Below are positions 1-12,601 of a stretch of DNA of 64,000 nucleotides, one piece after another (within the stretch, counting starts at the first letter, position 1; each line of letters starts with the position of its first letter). The position numbers and the translations under genes are program-made. The notes beneath the pieces were generated by a model. That model saw only the letters and a program-made list of their open reading frames with translations. It was not told the DNA's origin and ran no database searches. The stretch spans positions 2,356,001 to 2,420,000 of the forward strand of contig OZ176053.1 in assembly GCA_964247055.1 (NCBI GenBank), read 5' to 3'. The DNA is from Paragordius varius (taxonomy: Eukaryota; Animalia; Nematomorpha).

Positions 1-238
1 CTAATTACAAATTAAGAATTTATATAAACCTCGCCTTATAGCCATAAAGTAATCGAATCAATTAACTAAAACGCTTAAAAAATAAAAAATTCCAATACAT
101 ACCCTTTATAAATATAAATATATATATATATATATATATCAACCCATTCTTTATTTTCGAGAAAAATCTTAATAATATTTAAAATAATTTAAAAAAAATT
201 GCAACTATTATTGAGAGATGTCGTTTATGTTACCATAC

Positions 239-474
239 TTTGAAAATTATTGAGGCCCAATTTATCGTATGGTTTACTCTTTAATATTGTACTACTATTT
301 GATTCCGTATCAGTTATGTCAATCAGAAAAGCTCCTAATTTTGGTTTATTGGATTCATCCGCCACGCCTTCCTTACATGAAAAAAGTGGAGAAATAGAAA
401 TATTTATAATCGTATTTTAAATTATTAATGTAAAAAATGGTAGAATAAAATTTATAATAATAAGCAAAAACTCT

Positions 475-532
<58 letters not shown>

Positions 533-3046
533 ATAGTTCTAATTCACCCTAAAATAAATTATATGTTTTTTAAGATAAAAAATTACTTATTTTATATTTT
601 TGATATAAAAAATTCTGATTAATATTAATATAACTGAAAAAACAATAAACTATGTCGTAAAACTATATTTCATATTAATGATGAGTTATATTAGCCCAAA
701 AACACATAATTTATTTTTAAGGTGAATTTGAATTGTTATAGGGTGATTTTGCAATGTAAATGGTATATATATATATATGCCCTAAAAAGATATTTTTTCT
801 TCCTATAATAGCAAATATTACACCGGACAATTTTAAATTAAGCTCTTATTAAAAATTAATTAACGATAATATAGCCATAATTAACACAATCTATGAATAT
901 TTCAAAGTTTATTATATATTTTGTATTCTAAATATATTTTCATGATTGCATGCATATTTTGAAGCATAAACATATTAATATATATGTGAATCTATCAATC
1001 TGATTTATAATTGTCACAAAAAATATTTTTTATAAATTTGTCTCACCTTTGGTTCGCATAACAGTGCAAAAGTTAAAAAGAGATTTGATGAAGGTCCATT
1101 AAAAACCCAAGATTTCTTTCCAATTAACTTGTATCCAATAATATTGGTCGAGTTTGTTGGGTCTCGTAAAATAGTGGCTTTAGTTTGTAGGTTAGCTAGA
1201 TCTAAATTTTTCCTACAAAATTTTATAAAAATATTTTCTTGTTTTTACATTTTTTAGGTAAAAAATGTTTTAGTGATATTATAAATAAACAAATAAATTA
1301 TTTTGGCTTATTTTTTTGGGTTTAAGAAAAAGGAATTGAGATGTAAATTGGACACTTGCTTTTAAACTTTAAATTTTTAATAATTTAAAATATTGAACAT
1401 TAAGGATAAATATAATAAGGCATAAGTTTCGTAATTCAAGTCCTACTGTAAAAATATGCAAAATATTTTTTTTGTATAAATTATCTGACCCAATCTTTCT
1501 ACAATGATTTATAGGATTTAAAATGTTAAATTATATTTTTTCAAATTTTTTTTGAAAAAATGAAATAATAAATAAATGAATTACAAATTTTCTTCATTGA
1601 GTGCGATAGCAGGGCAATATTTTCCATTGGCTATACCAGTTTGACATTCAGAACGAATCGTTTCATCTCTAATTCTGGACATTGTCTAGAATCAATCAAT
1701 TATATACACACCATTTAAAACTCAAATTCACCCTTGAACAATTCACCTTAAAAATAAATTATGAATTTTTGGGCTAATATAAGTTTACATTAATATGAAA
1801 TATATCTTTATAACGTAGTATTTTTTTAGTATTATTTTAATTTTAAACAAAATTTTATTTTTTAAAAAAATAAAAAAATATAGGTAATTATCTTAAAAAA
1901 TGCATAATTTATTTTAGCGTTATGAATTGTTTAAGGGTGACTTTGAACTTATGGTATAACAAAGGTTTTTAAATTAACTTTTTTTATATTATTTTATAAA
2001 TTTGGTATTTTTATCATCAAATTATCGGATTTTTAAATTTCAAAAACATTAAAAAGTTGAATTAATCTTTTAGGGTTAGCTATAGAAAAAAAGTTAAAGA
2101 AATAAATTGTTATAAAAAAAATTAAAGTGAGTCAACGGTTTAAAATCGTCAAAATTGACTAAAAAAGACTATATAACACTATCTATTGATTAAATAATAA
2201 ATGCATAATTGATATAAAGTTATCTCATTAATATTTGTAACAATATAAAAAAATGGCTAAATTTAGGCTCGAAATAGTGATAGTTAAGAAAATATTTAAA
2301 GGGATACAAAAAATATTTATTTATTTATAATATTAATACAAATTTCATAGCTGTTTGGCATATTCGCAGATATTTATAAATAATCATTTTTTTTTAGAAA
2401 TAATTAAGTTCGGCCATAAAAAAAGCATTTTTAGGGACATGAGACCCGTAGGCCGCAAGGCATATTAAAATCATTGTGTAATATTTGGGAACATAATTAA
2501 ATTTTTTGGATATTCGTATGCAATATAACTTACTTGTGTTGCCGAATGATAATTAGCTATAGTTGCCCCAAATGATGAATTTCGTGATATCTCTTCCATA
2601 ACTTGAGCAAAATTCGAAATGGGTAAATTACATCCACCTAAAAAATTGTCAAACTAATAAAACCATATTCAGCTTGAATAGGTAAACTTAAAATGGATGT
2701 TATGTTTTGATCATGGCCGTCCCATTCGTAAAATATGGATTGACCCTCTTCTATTTCAGGATATAGCAGGGAATCCTGATATATGAAATAAAAACTATAC
2801 TTGATCCAAATTCCCCTGAAATAAGATTTGTAAAAATGAATCTCGGTATGCCTTTTTCTTTTTTACGAAATATGGACGCTTAACATCCACTTCGGTATCA
2901 ATATATTTATATCTTAAAGGTATTTTTTCATCTGGATCTGGAATCAATTTGGGTATATAGTTAAATAGAGCAACAGATTTGCTAAAATATTTTTTTCTAA
3001 TGGCAAAACTCGTATTTGTAAATAAACCATGTGAAATTTTATTCAT
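239..3046 (-). CDS. ACAD9: Diverged acyl-CoA dehydrogenase 9-like protein (ACAD9/VLCAD family), 5' part; gene continues beyond window start
   Basis: Exons 3046-2801, 2775-2664, 2637-2534, 1685-1585, 1212-1047, 371-239, all GT-AG and phase-compatible (end of the last exon is uncertain). Spliced protein has a basic presequence-like N-terminus, then SFLQILFQGNLDQDSLLYPEI, LPIQAEYGGCNL..FAQVMEEIS, IANGKYCPAIALNE, YKLIGKKSWVFNG..NLFLTFA and KLGAFLID..KPYDKLGL, collinear with the recalled ACAD9 motifs VPEEYGGLG, LASGEHIAAFCLTE, LNGSKVWITNG and KPEDKLGI. Confidence 0.78.
478..528. repeat. (TA)n microsatellite
   Basis: Uninterrupted AT dinucleotide run directly abutting a MITE end. Confidence 0.95.
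529..763. mobile_element. ~235-bp hairpin MITE flanked by (TA)n, copy 1
   Basis: Inverted arms aattcaccctaaaataaattat / ataatttatttttaaggtgaatt with (TA)n on both sides. Related copies at 1711-1954 and 38179-38403, partial copy at ~51310-51430. Confidence 0.7.
1711..1954. mobile_element. Hairpin MITE, copy 2 (ACAD9 intron)
   Basis: ccatttaaaactcaaattcaccc ... gggtgactttgaacttatgg inverted ends in TA context; same family as 529-763. Confidence 0.65.
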
Positions 3047-4521
3047 GAAGTCGCATAATCAAATGATCGAAGCAAAATTATTATTTTTTTTTTAAATTTC
3101 TTGTTTGGGTTTAGACTATTTAAAATAACTTATACTTTATTCAAACATGAAAACTGATCTTTTGTATTTTTAATTATTTGGCGAAAATTATATTTTGGGT
3201 TTCATACTCTAACTTACAATTAAACTACGGTTTTAAAAGTTGTTTTGGTTAAAATTTAATTATCAGTTTTCCTATTTTATTTTTACAGTTTTTTATTTTT
3301 TGGCGTTGGTATGGCTCCAAAACCAGATTTAACAACTTGTGCGCTTTTAGTATAGTTTAATATCCTATAATTTCAAATTAAATATCTTAAAAATCATTTA
3401 GTTATTTAATTATATGCTTTCCATAAGGTGACCAGATTTTTTGAAGGAAAAAGCGGGACAAATCTGAGAAGGGGGGGGCTTATTGGGGGGTACAACCAAG
3501 AATTTTTATACAAAAAATTTATTGTAACATTTATTTATTTTTAACACAAATACATTATAAATATATAAAATTTGTACCTCACAGGTTGTTTGTACGTTAT
3601 TCAATGAAGTGCCGAACAAAGGGTGTGATTGTAATATTCTAGAAAAAAATAATAAAGACGAAATCATCGCACTGGGTGATGCAAGAAGCGGCACAAAAAA
3701 TATTTTTAACAATTTAACGAATAATCCTAATTAAAACATTATTGGCATATACACATCGCTATTCAAACAGCTATTGATTTGTTACACCTGAATGTGGAAA
3801 ATATAGATGTTAAAATGCTTGAATATTGTAAAACTGTTGGTTAGCTCTTTTGCCAGCGATTCAAATATTTATAAAAATGTGATCTCCTAGAATCCTATTT
3901 TTTATCACAGGACAAAGGTCAAAATTCCAAGTCAAAAAAGGTTAAAAAATAATTTTATCTCATTAACTAATCGCAATATTATAAAGCATCCAGAAAAACA
4001 AGGCTAAATGAAAAGCCAGAATATAAAAATGTTTTATACAAACAGAAACAATTATTTGCAAGACAAGACGGTGCACAATGACACTTTTTTATGAAGTCTC
4101 ATTATTAAATAATTATATTGAATGAAAACTTATATTATGAACAACAGAAAAATATACGTAGGATAGAAATGGTTAAAATAATCATTTTTAAACAAATTAT
4201 GTTCCATACAATAATATTTAAATTCTAGAATTTGCATTATCTTTACCTGAACCACCGCTATTGAACGCGTTTTTCCACAGTAAATTAAGTAAGGACACGG
4301 AATCAAAATTAAATGTTGAATAAAAGCCATTTTATGTGTTCAAATATAATTTGACAAATTATGAAGACTTTTACAATATTTTAAGTAATTTTGTTTATTT
4401 TTTAACACAAAACGTTAAAGAAAATATTTTATTCTTTGGTATATTTTTTGTTTGAGTGAATGCGTTTTAGCAGAATTGTCATCATTTTTTAAAATATTGT
4501 AGAAGTCTTCACAAGAATTTG

Positions 4522-5937
4522 TCAAATTATGTTTGACCGATAAAACGGCCTTTTAAATTTGATTTTTACGATGTCCACACCTGATTTACTGAAAACGCGC
4601 TCAGTAGCAGCGTTGGTTCCATGTAGAGATAGTGCGAATTCCACAATTTTTAAAATATTATTGTATGTAATATAGTTGGCTTCAAAATGATGAAATATTC
4701 CAACCATTTCTTTTCTACTGTATATTTTTCTTTTGTCCATAATTTAATTTCATTATTAATATATCTTTTAACTAATGATACTTCAGAAAAAAGATCATTT
4801 TCTGAAAGATTACTTTTTGAGAATTGGGAGCAGATATAATCAAATGATTTTTGAACATCGCACCAATTGAATTCTGATTTTAATGTTATCCAATGAAAAT
4901 GATCAATTTCATTAAATTGCGTCGTCCAGTCTTCCAAATAATCTTTACAGTTTGTATAAAACATTTTTATGTGCTACAGGATATCTTGGCGATTTATTAA
5001 GCCTTGTTTTTCTAAATTATTTATTATATTGCGGATGGTTAATGGTATTAAATTATTTTCTAACCGTTCTTGACATTGGAATTTTAGGTTCCTAACTTCA
5101 TTGGCTACTTCGATTGCCGAAATTTTGTCACCTTCTATAAATTTAGTAACATTTTGAAAGAGAGAAGCTTGATTATGTAAGAATTCTAACCATTTTTGAA
5201 GAATCACTTTCAACAAACCTTTTGAATTTGTAGGACATTTGTGCTGTGATAAAAAAAATTTAAAGGATCATACATTTTTAAAATTTTTTTTGATAGCTGG
5301 CATAACAGCTAACCAACGAGTTTTACAATATCCAAGCATTTTTTGATATTGAACTTCTGCATTTTCACAGAATTCTAAGCGTTTCAACACGTACCGTGTA
5401 TATATAAAAATAGGAATATATTTTAACAACTACATTTTCCACATCTAGGGGTAACAAATCAGCAGCTGTTTCAATAGCGTTGTGTATTGTATGCGCTACA
5501 CACCCAACGCCAATAATGTTTTGATTAAGATTATCTGTTAATTTATGAATCCTTGCTTTTCCACCAAAGTTCGTATTGGTGTTGTCAGCGCAACATGCGA
5601 TAATTTTGTATTTTAAATTATTTTTTTCTAGTATGCATTATTGAAGTAAATATTATTTTGGAATTTTTACCGGGTAGGGAAATTAAATCTAAAATTTTAA
5701 TTACTCCGGTTTTTGAATCAAAATATCTTATCAAAGTGGGAAATAATTTTGTTTAATGGTGATTTGATGCATCAGAGTATAGGGATAAGAACTTATTTTT
5801 TAGCAAATCTTTTTTCAGAAGATGCATGTGGCGAAAGGACATTGCACACAATGGCTTCAGCCTTTGTACGGGCACATGTAAATTTTTTATGGAATTACGT
5901 ACGAGTAACCTGTGAGGTACAGTCCATAGATTTAAAG
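4522..5937 (-). pseudogene. Disrupted hAT-Blackjack transposase, part downstream of the nested insertion (N-terminal part at 9105-9234)
   Basis: HNHSFRS (ending ~9105) rejoins MDCTS..KFTCARTKAEAIVCNVL (from ~5930), then SDASNH, ADNTNTNFGG, GCVAHTIHNA (CxxH), RWLAVMPAI and GTNAATERVFS. Multiple stops and frameshifts. Confidence 0.88.
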
Positions 5938-6223
5938 CAGGGGTGTCCAACACAAATGGCTTGTAGAGCCACCTTCTTGACCTCAAAATTCCAAAGAGCC
6001 ACTTTTTATTTATATATATATATCAAGACATTGGTAACAAATAAATTAGTAATATTAACATATATATGTGTGCTAATTTTCATATCTAAAAGAAAATAAA
6101 CAGTAATAATAATGCTTTGCTAATTAAATTATATCAATGTGTTAAAAAAAGATAAAAATACATGGATATGGTAAACTTATTGCAATTCGATAGTATTACT
6201 AGAGTAGACTGTGGCGAATTTAA

Positions 6224-6802
6224 CACTTGGATACAACATATTCATTTTAGTCCTTCGATTCAAATTGGGGTAGTTAAATACCCCAGGCCTGTTTAAAATT
6301 TAATTCTTTAAAAAATATGGAAGGAATCGAAACCACAAAATTTTGCATTTATATGACAATAATAAACGGAAATATATAAAAAACTTTATTCAAAAATACT
6401 TGATATTAGTTATTTTAAGCTAAAACCGAAAGGTAAAAATTTAGTCAACCTGACATGTGTGCAATGGTAAAATTGAAAAATAATACAAAATAAACCGCTT
6501 TCTCTATTTCTACCAATGTTGGATGTAATTTAAATAAAAAATTAGCTTTAATTTTACCCTTAAAAATAAATGAGGACGATATTTTGCAAAAAGTTTATAA
6601 AATAAAAATGGCGTCGAAGTAGTTTGACATGGAACCTTTTTTTCAAAACAAAATTTTATTTAGATATTTTAGCATATTTATATAATTTTTATTAGGATAG
6701 AGGCATAAATTTAAATTGGGACCGTTTCCTACAGTAGTTTTTTAAATATTCTAATTCAAATTTAGTCTGGGGTATTTAGATACCCCAATTTGAATTAAAG
6801 TG
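6224..6802 (+). mobile_element. TTAA-flanked (piggyBac-like) MITE, copy 1
   Basis: TTAA|CACTT ... AAGTG|TTAA, with subterminal inverted ttcaaattggggta / taccccaatttgaa; five copies in the window. Confidence 0.8.
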
Positions 6803-6899
6803 TTAATCGCCAAAATGTAACCTTTTTTTATCTAATAAAAATAAAAGAATATTTTTCATTGCGTAATTAAATTTTTAATGGGATATTTGTTTATTAATT

Positions 6900-7725
6900 T
6901 TTTTGCTTAATATATTCAGACCTATATCAATATTTGATACAGCACATCTCAATTCATTTTCCAAGTTTTCAATAGTTAATAAAGAACATGAAAATATTTT
7001 GTGTAATTCATTTTAGAAAAAAAAAACTCTTACAAAGATAGGTGGACCCAAAAGCACAAATTAATCTTTGTGCAAAAATTCTTAAATTAGGAAATTTATC
7101 AAACGTTATATATTTTTTATAAAATATTAATTCATTATTGGACTCCAAATCTATAATTCCATTTGTAAATTAGAAGCGTTGATAGCTTCAACGTAGAATG
7201 GACAACAAAATAAATTAAATATTTTACATATTTTGTCATGTCCCCGTATCGATTATTAAAAGCTTTTGATAATATGATAATTTGATCTGCATATTTTGAG
7301 AAATCGTTAGTTTTACCTGTCTATTCAATTCTGGAGTTCAGCATTTTTTTTTAAATGGCATTCAAATAACGTCAATTTTTTACAAAATGCTTTAATATGG
7401 TTATTCGCATCAACAATTAAATTATCTTGCTTTTGCAAGGATTCATTTAATTGATTTAGTTCTTCATTGGTTAATTACTCTACCAAATAATTATTCTGCA
7501 ATAGAAAAATATTTATATCTTTTAATAAATAATAAAACCTTTTTAGACATTTTCCTCGACTAAGCCACCTTACATTTGAAAAAATGTAAGATCTCCATAT
7601 TCTGTAAACTGCCTATGCTTCAAAGCATGAGATTTTATAAAATTAACTACTTAATAACAACGGTCATAACATTGTCCATAGTCAGAGCATGTGCGCAGAG
7701 ATTTTCACGGTGAATCATGCAATGC

Positions 7726-7778
<53 letters not shown>

Positions 7779-8500
7779 TCAATAATAATACCATCGGATT
7801 CCATCTTATTTAAGAATAATTTCACGGTTCCCGTGTTTTTTCCCATCACAGCTGGGGCACCATCTGTTGTCAAACAAGATAGAGCCCTCGTATAATTTAT
7901 TGTCCTCAATACATTTTAAAATTGCATGAAACATATCATCTCCCTTAGTTGTATTTTTCATCGGAAGTAAGCCTAACATATTTTCTGTTATATTAAAAAA
8001 TTCATCTATCCCTCGAATAAGAACTACCAATTGTGATATTATATATGTGCTTTCATCAAATGACAAGGAAAACGCCACAAAATTTTGAATTCTTTCTTTT
8101 AGGGAAAGTTGAATATCTTATGCGATGTCTGTAATTCGTCGATACATAGTATTGCGCGAAATTATACTGGATATTAATTCAACTTTATCAGGCAAAACAC
8201 ATTTTATAATTTCCAGTACGCATTCCTTTACAAACTCACCATCAGTATAAACGTGCCATTACTATCGGAAAAGGTTGCGTGAATGAAATTGTTGGTTGGA
8301 GATTATTAATATTTTTTAAAGATTTTAATTTTATTATTTTCATTTCTGTAGTCATATTAATAAAATCCAAATGCATGGTATTGGCATGTCTTTTTAAATT
8401 ATATTCGGGAAACCCGTTTGTAGTAAATTTGCAAATACTCCGCTTTGTTGAAAATTTGAGTAAACCCATATTTCAATTCCCAGTCGGGATTGTATTTTCT
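6900..8500 (-). pseudogene. Disrupted SPIN/Buster-type hAT transposase
   Basis: WELKYGF, EYNLKRH, SLSFDEST..QLVVLIRG, TTDGAPAVMG, HCMIHRENLC and NQLNESLQ..IKAFCKKL motifs, broken by frameshifts and a (TA)n expansion. Confidence 0.88.
7728..7776. repeat. (TA)n microsatellite inside transposase remnant
   Basis: Pure AT run just before the HCMIH motif. Confidence 0.95.
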
Positions 8501-8527
8501 AATTACTTTTTTAGATTTTGCATATTG

Positions 8528-8850
8528 AAAGCTAAATATATTATTTTAAAAACCTATTTTTTTGCAAGTAATTTAATGTTTCAATGGACCCAAATTATAA
8601 TTCCCAGTATTGGTAGGAAAGCTAAATAAAATATTTTAAATACCTATTTTTTGCAAATAATTTAATTTTTCAATGGACCTTAAATATAATTCCCAGTATT
8701 GGTATGAAAGCTAAATAAATTATTTTAAATACCTATTTTTGGCAAATATTTCAATGTTTTAATGGACCCAAATTATAATTCCCAGTATTGGTAGGAAAGC
8801 TAAATAAATTATTTTAAATACCTATTTTTTGCAAGTAATTTAATGTTTTA
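8528..8850. repeat. ~89-bp tandem repeat, about 3.6 units
   Basis: aaagctaaata starts at 8528, 8618, 8707 and 8796; units share aatggacccaaattataattcccagtattgg. Confidence 0.9.
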
Positions 8851-10299
8851 ATTATATGAAAGTTATCATCTTGAAGTTGGAAATAACATGCAGGAAAAAA
8901 TGTGTTTTATAAATGATTAAATCAATGCTATGATAGATATTTATACTAAAGAATTTTATTAAAAGTTTATAAAAATAATTTAAATGTCAAAATAAAAATG
9001 CATAATTTACATATAATTTAAAAAAATAATTTTTTTTTCAAAATTTTCAAAGAGCCACTCAAAATTTTTAATGAGCCACTCAAAAACCCTGTTGGACACC
9101 CCTGATCTAAAGGAATGATTGTGATTAACGGCGTGAAAAGATAACACGCCCTCAGCTAGTGCCAAATTCTTTTCTTCCTCTCCAAAAGCGGTTTTTCGAA
9201 AAAAATCGCTCATTTTGTAAGATGATGCCGCCATAACTAAACATTTTTTATGTTTCTGTGTTTCTATATGCTTTGTAATATCATGCTTGCCGCCATGTGC
9301 TAGGGTGAATTCCCCCTCGCATATAAGACATTTAACAGATGATTCATTCTTTGTTTTTTTAATAAAAGGAAAATTTCATTAATTCATCGTTTTTTATTAC
9401 AACCTCTTTTTGTGCGCATATTTATAAACTACTATTAGTATAACAAATATTATATTACCTTAATTTTCTGGAATAAACGTGTAAGGTACCGATTTATGGT
9501 ATCAATTTGTCTTTTAATCTAGAGATTTGTGGTATTAACTTGGATTTTTGATAATAATGACAGTAGTAGTAGGAAGGAAAGTGTATAATCATATGATATA
9601 AATTCGAAAAAAAAATATTTTTTATTCAAAAATAAAAAATTTAATTTAAAATTTATATAGATTTTAAAGATGTTTAATAATAAAAAAATTAAACGGATAA
9701 AAAAAATTTATTTCTATTTAAAAATTTTTTTTATATAATCGTGAAAAAGCGGGACGTCTGGTCACCTTAGCTTTCCATAAAAACTTTTAGGTATATTATA
9801 CAATTTCTTTTTGAAAAATATAAAATTGTTAAATCCTCATCTCAAACCTTTTGCCCCCGTTTATTTCTCTAATTTTTTTAATCTCTGATGCAATTGGTAA
9901 ATGAATGCATATTTTGGTTAGAAAATGTAAATAATTAACTTAAGTTTAAAGTTTTTGTTTACCAACAAAAACTTGATATATTTTAAATTAAATATGACCT
10001 GTTGGTTTCTATCGTGTTTTGGAGCTTTCCCAATTTTAGACGTTAAAAATATGATCCTTTTTAAATGTTAATTTTTTAAGTTTTGCCTAAAACAATTTAA
10101 TCTTAAGATTAGCTCTATATAAAACTATGCCAATCTGTCATTCAGGGCAAAAAATATCATTAACTGCTATAAAAATTTATAAAATTTTACAATCACAAAT
10201 AGGATACATTTAAAATATTTTCACTCAATCTCAGCATCGTTGCTCTTATATTTTGGGAGAAATCTATCTTAAAGGGTAAAAAATTTGGGAATTTAGTAG

Positions 10300-11480
10300 T
10301 TTACATCTAAAAATCACAATGCGTCCAAAATGGGGAAGTATTAAAAAATACCTGTGAATATATATTCTGATAGGAAAATGTATTAGTGGTCCTTTTGGTT
10401 TTTGCCCTTACGAGTTATAATAAGTTATTAATACTTTTGTCTAAATGTTCCATATCAGGAAATGGCAGAATTTAGGCATATTTTTTAAAAAAATTTTTGG
10501 TGAAAGCTAGAGACTTCATTTCAAAAAATATCACTAAAATATATTCTAAACTACAAAAATGCAAAACAGTATTCTCAAAAAACTTAATTTTTGATGTGGG
10601 ATCCAAAAAAACCCAATTATGCTCTTTAAAATATGCTAGTTTTCTTAAAATAAACGCAAAAATGTAGGGATTGTGGATAAAATTAAATATATGCAAATTT
10701 TGAGAACAAATAAAAATATTATTAAAAAATACACACTTTGTTAAAATATAATTCCGAAGTTTTTACATACTTTAACATGATGGAAACGGTTTAAGCGCTT
10801 AGAAATGCTACAAAAACACTTTTTATATAAAAATAGATGATGCTGACCATTTCTATCGCTTAAGATTTTCAATTTATGTGTTCGTTTGCCTAAATACTTT
10901 GGGTATTTAAAAAATCACAATTTTTATAACATTTTTAAAATACCGATATTTAATAGAAATTCTGGGCTGATAGAAATGTTAAGCATCATCGAATCATATA
11001 GAAAAGGTGTTTGTAGAGGTCTTAAAGCGTTTTTACCGTTTTCATCATGCCTCAGTAGTTTGAACTACGCTTGAACAAAATTATGCTAAAAATTTTTAAA
11101 AAATATTTTTAATTGATATAGAAACTTAGCATATTTAAATTTTTATTGAGTGCTATCGGCATTTGCGTTTATTTTAAGAGGACTCGCCCATTTTAGAAGC
11201 GCAAATTTGGAATTTTCAGAGCCCGCATCCAAAAACTAATTGTTTATAAATAATGTTTTGCTTTAGATATGTAGTTTTTGATATATTTTAGTAAAATATT
11301 TTTGAATTACGCCTTTAGCTCGCTAAAAAAATATAATTAAAAAATGCATTTTGCCATTTTCATGGTGCAATTACCACAAAAGTATTAATAACTTTCTTAA
11401 ATCACTCGTAAAGGTCAAAATCAAAATAACCAAAATAATTCTTATACATTTCACTATCAGAATATATGTATATCATGATT
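10300..11480. repeat. Imperfect foldback built from a dispersed AT-rich modular repeat family
   Basis: ~10400-10740 pairs with ~11120-11470 (ttcttaaaataaacgcaaa / tttgcgtttattttaaga) around a central hairpin (ggaaacggtt / taccgttttc). Same modules occur at 27640-32500, 48560-48900 and 59340-59760. Boundaries approximate. Confidence 0.6.
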
Positions 11481-12322
11481 ATGGTCCTAGATTTTGGACG
11501 CAAATATATTTTGTTTCGGGTGCTTTTGATTTTACAGTGAAATAATAAGTTACCACTTTTGTGATAATTGCTTCACATCAAAAAATAGCAAAAATGCGAT
11601 TATATGTTAAGTTGATGGAAACTGAAAGCTTCATTCCAAAAAAAAGTTGTTATATTAAATTTTGAAACAGGGCTAAAATGTTTAATTTTTTAAACTAAAC
11701 AGGAAAATGACAATAAAAATCGAATATTCCGAAAAATGGATATTTTTCCTATATTTAATTTATAGGTATTTTTCGTATACGAAGCATAGCAAAACGGTAT
11801 AAAAATTTAAGGATATTATAAATACGCTTTTCTGACCATTTCTATCGCCTGAAAAATTTGAATGAAGACACTCTATCCTCGAAATTTTTAAATATTAAAT
11901 GTCGTTTTCACAAAAATCTACTTAAATTTAATGACGAACAAACGCTTAACTTAATTTTTGAGGGCATGGAAATAGAAATTACGGAAATTCATGTAAACCA
12001 ATTTCCAACACGGGGAAAAGAAATCTAATCTCATCATGTAGAATCACATTCTTAAAAAACGCATAAGCCTGCATATTCTATTTAAACACTTTTTTATAAG
12101 TTCTGCAAGCAAACTTTACGGGCCGCATCATATATCAATCTTTAGGACTAGCTGCTTATTATATATATAAGTATGATTGTGCATATTCACATTATCTCCA
12201 AAATTAAAAATGGCAGTTTACAATTAACCATAAATTATGAAAGTAGTAATATATCTTAATAAATGAAATTAATAATGTCTGTTTGGGTAGATGTTTGATG
12301 TGCTAAATATAGATTAAATTAG

Positions 12323-12588
12323 TGTAGTAAATCAAGAAACCGTAAAACAATAAGATATATTGAATATAAAATGCAAAAACTAAACTACATACAGTTTGCG
12401 ATGTTTATATACTTTTTGTGAATACAATATTTACATGTTAAGCCAAGGTAAAATAACGTGTGCAAGTTAAATACAAAATTGATACAATAGTTTAACTCAT
12501 ATATAAAAGGTCATCAAAATGTATTCAAATCTAATATATAAATTGGTCTCGTCTAAGGTTAACTAACTTGATGTATTCTAATCTATCA
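12323..12588 (-). repeat. 3' LTR (266 bp)
   Basis: Direct repeat of 16386-16650; about five differences by eye. Confidence 0.95.
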
Positions 12589-12601
12589 TATCTCCTTATC
12601 C
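12589..12601 (-). other. Polypurine tract
   Basis: GGATAAGGAGATA immediately before the 3' LTR TG; overlaps the pol stop codon. Confidence 0.75.

Larger units (their letters stand above)
5938..9104 (-). mobile_element. Nested hAT transposon (Charlie/Buster, SPIN/GTF2IRD2-like)
   Basis: TIRs CAGGGGTGTCCAACA / TGTTGGACACCCCTG; 8-bp TSD ATTTAAAG (5930-5937) / ATCTAAAG (9105-9112), resembling the Buster NTCTAGAN-type target. Confidence 0.9.
3424..9769 (-). mobile_element. hAT DNA transposon (Blackjack-like), interrupted by a nested hAT
   Basis: TIRs TAAGGTGACCAGA / TCTGGTCACCTTA with subterminal aaaagcgggac; perfect 8-bp TSD GCTTTCCA at 3416-3423 and 9770-9777; decayed transposase on the minus strand. 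Confidence 0.92.

Noticed and set aside
1-238. Further ACAD9 exon and a 29-nt GT..AG segment at 1-29
   Set aside because: No open frame could be tied to it inside the window, so it is not counted among the micro-introns.
8528-8850. CRISPR-like appearance of the 89-bp array
   Set aside because: Eukaryotic context, no unique spacers and no cas genes; it is a plain tandem repeat.
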